This document shows, in pieces, positions 56,956 through 62,871 of a stretch of DNA of 64,000 bases. The position numbers and the translations under genes were made by a program. Source of the DNA: a virus (taxonomy: Duplodnaviria > Caudoviricetes); IMG/VR virus record IMGVR_UViG_3300011577_000001. One strand, 5' to 3'. Within the stretch, counting starts at the first letter, position 1. Every line of letters begins with the position of its first letter. The notes beneath the pieces were generated by a model. It saw nothing but the letters and a program-made list of their open reading frames with translations. It had not been told where the DNA came from and made no database searches.

Positions 56956-57306
56956 TCATTTACTGAACAAGTACAACCCAGTTGTGAGGATCTCCAAACG
57001 AAGTTCTCCTTCCGGGATGTGATGGTAACCGCATGAGGTTATCAATTTGAACAAACGCTCTCGAAGTAGGTTAGACGAATCCATGTCGTGGATAGTTCTC
57101 AGAACAGGAACCGAAGTCTCCTGTTTAATGCTGAGTAGTGTACAGGATTCGATTACATCGATAACCCATGCACGTTCTATCACACCGACTGTAGTCATGA
57201 AATCGCATCCAGGAAACAGATCGCGATTCTTCGAGAGAGCCTGCACAACCTCACCATGTATCAACGGTTGTATGTTGCGATAATCCGCAACCAATTGAAG
57301 GCCCAT
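56956..57306 (-). CDS. Hypothetical protein, first gene of an early operon
   Basis: 116 aa after the promoter motif. Confidence 0.65.
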   Translation of the reverse strand: MGLQLVADYRNIQPLIHGEVVQALSKNRDLFPGCDFMTTVGVIERAWVIDVIESCTLLSIKQETSVPVLRTIHDMDSSNLLRERLFKLITSCGYHHIPEGELRLEILTTGLYLFSK

Positions 57307-57332
57307 AGTTTCTTACCTTTCTGAAGGTTAGT

Positions 57333-57352
57333 CACTTGGATAATATAGGTCT
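57333..57352 (-). promoter_or_regulatory. Early promoter
   Basis: AGACCTATATTATCCAAGTG. Confidence 0.7.
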
Positions 57353-57451
57353 AAAACTTATTGGGATGGCGTCTATGACGCTTTCTCTATAGGATCAGGG
57401 GTATGTGTCAATTTAAACAGTCTGTTGCTTAAAACGCAAAATAGACGGCAT

Positions 57452-58100
57452 AAAAGGTAAATCCCCACAACGCACCCCGCGGACACGAGGAGCGCCGTGG
57501 GGCGCCTCACCAACAACACAAGGTCCGCTTAGGAGGACGGACATGAAGCGACACCCGGATCGCTTCCCTAAACACACTCAGTCAAGGTCGGCCGCCAGAG
57601 AACCGAGAGTGTTTAAGGCTGCGGTCAAGACGCTAAATCCCGTCGATGGTTAACGGGAGGGTCTACAACAACAACTTGTGGGATTCGCCGTCCCACCAGA
57701 CCTTTTCAGTTACTTAGCACTTGCGAGGCGCTAAGTACTTCCTTACTGCCCCTGTGATGGAAGGTCTAGGTACACAGGAGTCCTACCCTAACACGGGTTG
57801 GATTACACGCACAAGGCGACAAGCCGCGCTCGCAGCGGCCGCCGTGCAGGTGTCAAGCAGCTTTCGCCCTTTGGGCTGTCTACACTTACAGGATGACTCG
57901 GTTCTTAGCCAAGGTCCTGATTTGGGGTTCTGTCCTGAAAGTAGTAACAGTTCCTACGACACTGGGGTTTAATCCAGGAAAGCTCAACTCAAGAGTGAGT
58001 GGGGAAGCCGAAACCTCCCAGACAGTTAATGGCCCGACGGGGTGGGGTCCTGTCCAAGGTTAGGGTAGATTAGCTCCTAACCAAGACTTTCGATACACTC
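57452..58100 (-). ncRNA. Large (~640 nt) multi-hairpin RNA ending in a terminator-like stem
   Basis: No credible ORF; continuous helices whose G-U pairs mostly favour the minus strand; UUCG loop; possible pseudoknot. Confidence 0.6.
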
Positions 58101-58105
58101 ACGTT

Positions 58106-58192
58106 TGGTACCCGAAGTCGGACTCGAACCGACATGGCTCAAGGCCGTCGCATTTTAAGTGCGGTGCGTCTCACCAATTTCACCATTCGGGC
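58106..58192 (-). tRNA. trnL: tRNA-Leu(UAA)
   Basis: GCCCGAA acceptor, CT-TAA-AA loop, long variable arm, TTCGAGT, CCA. Confidence 0.92.
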
Positions 58193-58195
58193 AAA

Positions 58196-58271
58196 TGGGT
58201 GCCTTCTCTACTTTGCCAGGTAAGGGTTCTTTGTTTCCACGCGCAGATCCACTCATTGACGAGAGAAGACA
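58196..58271 (-). ncRNA. 76-nt rod-like RNA ending in CCA
   Basis: TGTCTTCTCT/AGAGAAGGCA 10-bp terminal stem then C-CCA; no D or T arm. Confidence 0.4.
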
Positions 58272-58276
58272 TTGAA

Positions 58277-58376
58277 AGGGGTCCCCTGATGGATTCGAAC
58301 CACCGACCGTCGCATCCATTCTGTCCCAGGTTTGGACCAAGATGCACAACTCTAACCGACTGAGTTTAAGGAGACC
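58277..58376 (-). ncRNA. tRNA-like RNA with expanded anticodon arm
   Basis: 8-bp acceptor GGTCTCCT/AGGGGACC, D arm AACTC..GGTTA-GAGTT, T arm GGTGG-TTCGAAT-CCATC; 24-nt insert between TGCATC and GATGCG. Confidence 0.7.
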
Positions 58377-58453
58377 ATCAACTGAATTCCCTGGGGAACC
58401 TTAATCGACTTGGAAGCCATTCAAAGTTTGATGGGAGACTCCCCAAGGGAAAG

Positions 58454-58541
58454 TGGCGGAAGGACAGGGACTCGAACCCTGGGACCTGTTACAGTCGGCG
58501 GTTTTCAAGACCGCTGCAATACGCCGCTATGCGACCCTTCC
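58454..58541 (-). tRNA. trnS: tRNA-Ser(UGA)
   Basis: GCGGT-CT-TGA-AA-ACCGC, long variable arm, GCCA. Confidence 0.93.
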
Positions 58542-58747
58542 GAAAATCAAGCCAGGGCTATTCCCTGGAGTCACTCCCATGGCTAGGCACCATGACCGAT
58601 TAGAGCGAGGTCCTAAGCGAAACCGATCGGCACGGTTACTCGCTTACTCTTTCGAGTACGGATGTCTAGGCGTCTCGTTGTGTGAGCAACGATCCACTCG
58701 CCCGCAGGACAGGGCCACCAGCAGGGCAGGCGCTTGGTGTTCCTTGG

Positions 58748-58843
58748 TCAGGCTTTCGCCCGAGACAGCAGTTTCAGCATTCCTTTCGGGATATGCTTAG
58801 TCTTCGCTTTACGACGAGGACTGTAGAACGGAAAACCAGGCAT
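58748..58843 (-). CDS. 31-aa basic peptide MPGFPFYSPRRKAKTKHIPKGMLKLLSRAKA
   Basis: Preceded by CTAAGAAGGA, the same RBS used by the genes starting at 19651 and 20392. Confidence 0.5.
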   Translation of the reverse strand: MPGFPFYSPRRKAKTKHIPKGMLKLLSRAKA

Positions 58844-58864
58844 GGCTCTCTCCTTCTTAGAAAG

Positions 58865-58952
58865 TGGCAGTAGGTGAGAGATTCGAACTCTCGTGGCTGT
58901 TACACCAACACGCTTTCCAGGCGTGCCTTTTCGACCGCTCAAGCAACCTACT
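58865..58952 (-). tRNA. trnS: tRNA-Ser(GGA)
   Basis: CACGC-CT-GGA-AA-GCGTG, long variable arm, GCCA. Confidence 0.93.
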
Positions 58953-58970
58953 GTGAAAGGTAAAGCAAAG

Positions 58971-59125
58971 TTCAATCAATACCCGGTGTGTGGTATCTTT
59001 TCGTTTACAGATCTGGTGGCCCAGCCAGGATTTCGGGTTGTACCTGGAATGCTACCTTGGAGGGTAGAGTTATACCTTTCGGCGTTTTTAACTATTGGGC
59101 CTTTCTTACCACACCACTGATTGAA
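58971..59125 (-). ncRNA. Cloverleaf-in-a-stem RNA, copy 1
   Basis: Outer stem TTCAATCAGT..GTGTGGTA/TACCACAC..ATTGATTGAA encloses a tRNA-like unit at 59014-59101 ending GGCC-ACCA. Confidence 0.6.
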
Positions 59126-59148
59126 TCCCGCGAGGGAACTTCCAAACA

Positions 59149-59304
59149 GATAGACAAGATTCCTTTGTAACGCGTATTGTATTCGCTCTCTTTCAAACGA
59201 GTGGCCAGGGGAGCCTTCGGACCCTACTCCCACGTGGAACCCCGGTTGGTGGGGCTGCTTTAGAGCTTTTAGCGACTGGCCTTTCTACGTTACCGCTGTC
59301 TATC
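59149..59304 (-). ncRNA. Cloverleaf-in-a-stem RNA, copy 2
   Basis: Outer stem GATAGACA..GTAACG/CGTTAC..TGTCTATC encloses GGCCAG-(three hairpins)-CTGGCC-AC at 59203-59281. Confidence 0.55.
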
Positions 59305-59307
59305 AAA

Positions 59308-59421
59308 ATCACAAGCAGTAGATTTCACCGTACCGTCGGCTGTGATGTTACTTTCTACTTGCCTAGGCTTTCGCCTTGATTCCCTGCATCCAGACTCGCG
59401 TTACTGGATACTGCTTGTGAT
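59308..59421 (-). ncRNA. Structured RNA closed by a perfect 13-bp stem
   Basis: ATCACAAGCAGTA/TACTGCTTGTGAT; inner TCCAG/CTGGA and AGGC-GAAA-GCCT. Confidence 0.5.
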
Positions 59422-59463
59422 CTTTGTCAACCATCTTGTCGAGGACGACAACACAGTCGAACA

Positions 59464-59539
59464 TGGCACGCACCCAGGGAGTCGAACCCCGAACCTACGG
59501 ATTTGGAATCCGTTGCTCTGCCAATTGAGCTAGGCACGT
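59464..59539 (-). tRNA. trnW: tRNA-Trp(CCA)
   Basis: ACGGA-TT-CCA-AA-TCCGT; canonical D and T arms; CCA. Confidence 0.93.
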
Positions 59540-59546
59540 GTAAAAC

Positions 59547-59622
59547 TGGTAGCACCAAGTGGGCTCGAACCACCGACCTCACCCTTATCAGGGGTGCGCT
59601 CTACCAACTGAGCTATAGCGCT
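59547..59622 (-). tRNA. trnI: tRNA-Ile(GAU)
   Basis: CACCC-CT-GAT-AA-GGGTG; CCA. Confidence 0.95.
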
Positions 59623-59629
59623 ATGAAAC

Positions 59630-60001
59630 TTAACCGCGACGGTTATAGTTGACGCGCTGGACTTCCAGCTCGACATACAATTCCATCGGGTATTGAGAAG
59701 GCAGTTCTACCGAGACACGCGCGATGGCAGTCTCAGGGTTGACGAATACCGCAAACGGAGCATTGGCGAAGGAGCCCAACACGCCTTGCATCTGGACACC
59801 ACGCTCGGTTTCGCTCTTGATCGGGCTGGTGATGTTGCAGGCAATGTCCACACCGTCAACGGTGGTGACACGCACTGCTTTCACCGACTCGATGGAGTCA
59901 GTACTGTCGAACTCTTCGGTCTGTGTAGCAATCAGACCAAACAGGTTGACTTGGCTAACCTTGAGCGGCAAACGAACGTGGTCAACAGGATACTTGTACA
60001 T
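59630..60001 (-). CDS. Stand-alone paralogue of the C-terminal domain of the Tad2 fusion
   Basis: VRLPL....NLFGL...T......DSIESV..V...TVDG and ELYVEL..NRR match the upstream gene. Confidence 0.75.
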   Translation of the reverse strand: MYKYPVDHVRLPLKVSQVNLFGLIATQTEEFDSTDSIESVKAVRVTTVDGVDIACNITSPIKSETERGVQMQGVLGSFANAPFAVFVNPETAIARVSVELPSQYPMELYVELEVQRVNYNRRG

Positions 60002-60010
60002 GACAGCCCC

Positions 60011-60646
60011 TTATTCAGAACGACGGTTGCGTTGGCCGTACTCGATGCGAAGAACCGCGAACAGCTCAACCGAATTCTCGGCAGCAGATGAACGCGTTGG
60101 CATGCAACCCCATTTCTGGGTGTCAACTTGGATGTTGACGTGTTGCTTACCGTTGAGGCGATCCGCAAAGGTCTTCAAGCGAGTCTCAGTACGGTGTCCC
60201 GGTACTTCGACGACGTTGCTCTTGACGACCAACCCATCAGCAGTCTCCAGGTGAACGACTTCCACCGAGAAGATAGCATCAGGACCCTCCAACACGGCGC
60301 CGGTTTCACCAGCCAACGTGAAGAGGTTTTGTTCAACGCCGTTCAAAGGAACGCGCACGTCAACCTTGGCAACGTAATCCTCAGCATCAAGGACTACCCA
60401 GTCGTCGGCAAGGATGTCGGACTGAGAAGCAACCCACGGGACAAAATCACCGTTGTGCGCTTTCAGACCCAGCCAAGGTCGCAGAGTCGGTGCAGGGTCC
60501 TTACGAACGTTGAGACCAACGGTGCGAGCACCCACGTCATAATGGCCAGAGCCAACCATGACGACCCACATGCCTTTACCGTTCCAGCCTTCGCGTGTGG
60601 CGCGAGAGCCATGCTTCAAAGCCGTAAGGGCTTGACCGAACTCCAT
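60011..60646 (-). CDS. tad2: Tad2/DUF2829 anti-defence sponge domain fused to a ~125-aa domain
   Basis: MEFGQALTALKHG.RATREGWNGKGMWV...PWVASQSDILADDW; SD CAGGAG before ATG 60646. Confidence 0.8.
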   Translation of the reverse strand: MEFGQALTALKHGSRATREGWNGKGMWVVMVGSGHYDVGARTVGLNVRKDPAPTLRPWLGLKAHNGDFVPWVASQSDILADDWVVLDAEDYVAKVDVRVPLNGVEQNLFTLAGETGAVLEGPDAIFSVEVVHLETADGLVVKSNVVEVPGHRTETRLKTFADRLNGKQHVNIQVDTQKWGCMPTRSSAAENSVELFAVLRIEYGQRNRRSE

Positions 60647-60667
60647 GTGAAGCTCCTGTTGTGAATG

Positions 60668-60753
60668 TGGCGGTGGGCGAAGGATTCGAACCTTCGGGGC
60701 CGCAACCCTCTCCCTTAGCAAGGGAGTGCGATAGACCGCTCTGCCAGCCCACC
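60668..60753 (-). tRNA. trnS: tRNA-Ser(GCU)
   Basis: CTCCC-TT-GCT-AA-GGGAG, variable arm, GCCA. Confidence 0.93.
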
Positions 60754-60776
60754 CATTTGAAAAGATGAAACGAAAT

Positions 60777-60853
60777 TGGCTGGGATAGTTGGGCTCGAAC
60801 CAACGACCTGGTGATTAACAGTCACCCGCTACTACCAACTGAGCTATATCCCA
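60777..60853 (-). tRNA. trnN: tRNA-Asn(GUU)
   Basis: GGTGA-CT-GTT-AA-TCACC; GCCA. Confidence 0.93.
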
Positions 60854-61356
60854 TTATAACGAATACCAAGAGCTACCCGACGAACCGTGTCTTTACCGAT
60901 TTCAAACTCCCGAGCAATTGCTCGATAGCTCATGGTACCGACCAGTTCAAGGATAGCCTTGACTGACTCTTCATCAAGCGCAGCATGTGGGCTGTCAAAC
61001 CCTTTCTTGCCTTCATACAAACCTAAGGCTTGCGCATGATCAATATTACCTTGATGCGTTACCCACTCCAAGTTATCCCACCGGTTATTTGTCTTATCCG
61101 TGTCCTTATGGTTCACGAAGGGAAGATTCAACGGGTTAGGGACAAAAGCCTTGGCCACTTGTACATGAGCCCTTAAACAGAACGACTTACCTTTCCTTCC
61201 TCCTATCTTGGAGGCGTGAGTAAGATAGCCATTATGGTTGGGCGTCAGTGCCAAATCTTGGAACGTGCGAATGCTAAACAGTGTCCCGAAATTGCCGATC
61301 ATGAAGAGATCAGGGTAGTCAGGACATTCCGTGAAGACTTCAAATTCATACGACAT
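60844..61356 (-). CDS. HNH homing endonuclease (I-HmuI-like, C-terminal HTH)
   Basis: HVQVAKAFVPN..FVNHKDTDKTNNRWDNLEWVT..N..HA; stop codon lies inside tRNA-Asn. Confidence 0.9.
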   Translation of the reverse strand: MSYEFEVFTECPDYPDLFMIGNFGTLFSIRTFQDLALTPNHNGYLTHASKIGGRKGKSFCLRAHVQVAKAFVPNPLNLPFVNHKDTDKTNNRWDNLEWVTHQGNIDHAQALGLYEGKKGFDSPHAALDEESVKAILELVGTMSYRAIAREFEIGKDTVRRVALGIRYNGI

Positions 61357-61380
61357 GTACTACTCCAGTAAGTGTTACTT

Positions 61381-61400
61381 CCTGTAAGTAATATACATCT
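61381..61400 (-). promoter_or_regulatory. Early-type promoter of the HNH gene
   Basis: AGATGTATATTAC. Confidence 0.65.
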
Positions 61401-61428
61401 GAACTATTTTAGTCTCCTAGGAAGGAGA

Positions 61429-61505
61429 TGGCGCCTCCGAGGGAACTTGAACCGTCGACCCCCGGCGTGACAGGCCGGTGCTCTAACCAACTGAGCTACG
61501 GAAGC
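61429..61505 (-). tRNA. trnD: tRNA-Asp(GUC) with mispaired T stem
   Basis: CCGGC-CT-GTC-AC-GCCGG; T stem GACGG/TCCCT has two mismatches. Confidence 0.8.
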
Positions 61506-61699
61506 GAAAACGTCCTGAGGAAAATGGACTCTGCAATCACCCAGACTGTGCCTGTAGGTGCATCGCGTGTAGGCTCAAGGTTCATGTAGACAACCATGGG
61601 CCAAGAACAATCCTGAGCGTGTCGACCGACGTGTAGCACTCGGAAGCGCAACCCGCTAGGAGAGAGGTACTCTCGATCCTTCTCGACAAACTCTAACAT
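61496..61699 (-). CDS. DUF1653-like small protein
   Basis: Y....G..F.VLHVGRH..D....MVVY..L....WV....F...F; SD GAGGA; stop inside tRNA-Asp. Confidence 0.65.
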   Translation of the reverse strand: MLEFVEKDREYLSPSGLRFRVLHVGRHAQDCSWPMVVYMNLEPTRDAPTGTVWVIAESIFLRTFSLP

Positions 61700-61717
61700 T
61701 GTTCATTCCTCTAATTC

Positions 61718-62257
61718 GGCTCCGGCTTGCTTCCCACCGCTTCGGTGGTTCACTGTACAACTCACCTGTAAACCAGACGACCCGCCGGAGAGGTCTTTAA
61801 CTAACTACGTCAGCACACCTAAGGTTCCGAAGAAGGTAGGTACTTGATGTAGATCCACTGGAGTACTAGCTCTCGTCGACGTTGGCACTAACGAGATTGG
61901 GTGATCCTCCCGGCGGGGACATCCGCCGAGTTAATGCACAGTGAGCCGGATTTTCGTAACGCACAAAGGCAAACGACACGGCATGGCAAAGGATCGTAAG
62001 GGTGGTCTCCCCGTAGTTCTCCCACGAGGTTAAGGGACCGCTGCGGCGCTATGCTAGATGCTTTTGTCCGCTGCGACAATCCAAGACCGTTGTTTGACAC
62101 GCCTCGCCTCATTGGGTTGGAATTCCCGAGACTTATTTTCCCTGACTGATGACGCTCTCAGCATCGACCGAGCGGGTTACTCCTTTCCAAGGGAGCACCT
62201 ATCTAAGTCTTACAAGGTAAAACCACCGTATCGCCAGCAAGGGTCGTCGCGGTGTTA
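61718..62257 (-). ncRNA. Non-coding stretch with several structured modules
   Basis: CTCCGGC/GCCGGAG-closed 73-nt unit, AGACTTA/TAAGTCT multiloop, GATCCT/AGGATC stem followed by ACCCA. Confidence 0.4.
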
Positions 62258-62261
62258 AAAG

Positions 62262-62348
62262 TGGTGGTCGAAGGATGGAATTGAACCTCTAGCACAAGGC
62301 GGCGCGTTTACAGCGCGCTGACAGTAGCCATCTGTCTCTACAACGACC
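62262..62348 (-). tRNA. trnY: Atypical tRNA-Tyr(GUA)
   Basis: GCGCG-CT-GTA-AA-CGCGC and ACCA end; irregular acceptor, D and T stems. Confidence 0.65.
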
Positions 62349-62355
62349 GTGAAAC

Positions 62356-62486
62356 TGGTGCCCCGTTACTCTATTACGAGTGTCTGTTAGACTGACCCCG
62401 TGAGAGGGGAGTTTGGGTTTGACCGGCTCTACATTCCCACCCCGAAGGGTTCACAATGCGATCTCCGATGACCTCAGACCAGGACA
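62356..62486 (-). ncRNA. 131-nt CCA-terminated non-tRNA RNA
   Basis: TGTCCTG/CGGGGCA stem plus CCA, ACTC-GTAATA-GAGT hairpin in the T-arm position, GTCTG/CAGAC-closed domain with ACCC-TTCG-GGGT. Confidence 0.55.
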
Positions 62487-62499
62487 TGAAACTAGAAGA

Positions 62500-62633
62500 T
62501 GGCCCCGCTACGTGGACTCGAACCACGGACCTCCCGCTGGCACGCGCATTCAAACGTCATCACTGCCGGAAGGGCTGCTAGCGACGTAACCGCATGTCTA
62601 ACGAGTGCTCTAACCAACTGAGCTATAGCCGGG
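62500..62633 (-). ncRNA. tRNA body whose anticodon loop is replaced by a 63-nt structured extension
   Basis: TAGCTCAGTTGGTTAGAGCA D arm, AGGTC-CGTGG-TTCGAGT-CCACG T arm, GCCA end; insert between CTCGT and GCGGG. Confidence 0.8.
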
Positions 62634-62636
62634 ATG

Positions 62637-62871
62637 TGAGAGAAGGCCGCTACCCCGATCTACGGGCCGTGATACTCTCGGGGACTCAGGCGAAAGGGAA
62701 CCAAAAGCCTAAGAACTGCGGTATGCAAGCGCAGTCGTCTATTACCCCAGAGTCGGGTCGCAATATCATTCGATGGTGTGTGGGGTCCGTCAAGTCTCCA
62801 CGTTCCCTCTCGGTGGCGAAACCAAGAGCGTGCTGGAACTTACCATTCAAACAAATCACGTCATTCTCTCA
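62637..62871. ncRNA. 235-nt multibranch structured element at the head of the RNA island
   Basis: TGAGAGAA/TTCTCTCA closing stem; ACTCT.GGGG/CCCCAGAGT, ACTGCG/CGCAGT and GTTCC/GGAAC helices; strand ambiguous. Confidence 0.45.

Noticed and set aside
57452-58100. Plus-strand CsrA/RsmA sponge (GGA motifs, CAAGG repeats)
   Set aside because: GGA is only modestly frequent by eye, and most wobble pairs and the terminator favour the minus strand.
62146-62180. Hammerhead ribozyme (CTGATGA followed by a stem, plus strand)
   Set aside because: The required GAAA after stem II is absent.
62557-62587. SRP RNA domain IV (CCGGAAGG on the plus strand)
   Set aside because: Flanking CAGG/AGCA consensus is missing, and it is antisense to the tRNA-like RNA.
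57452-62871. tmRNA or RNase P RNA
   Set aside because: No tmRNA termini with a tag frame and no GAGGAAAGTCC signature found by eye; cmscan should still be run.
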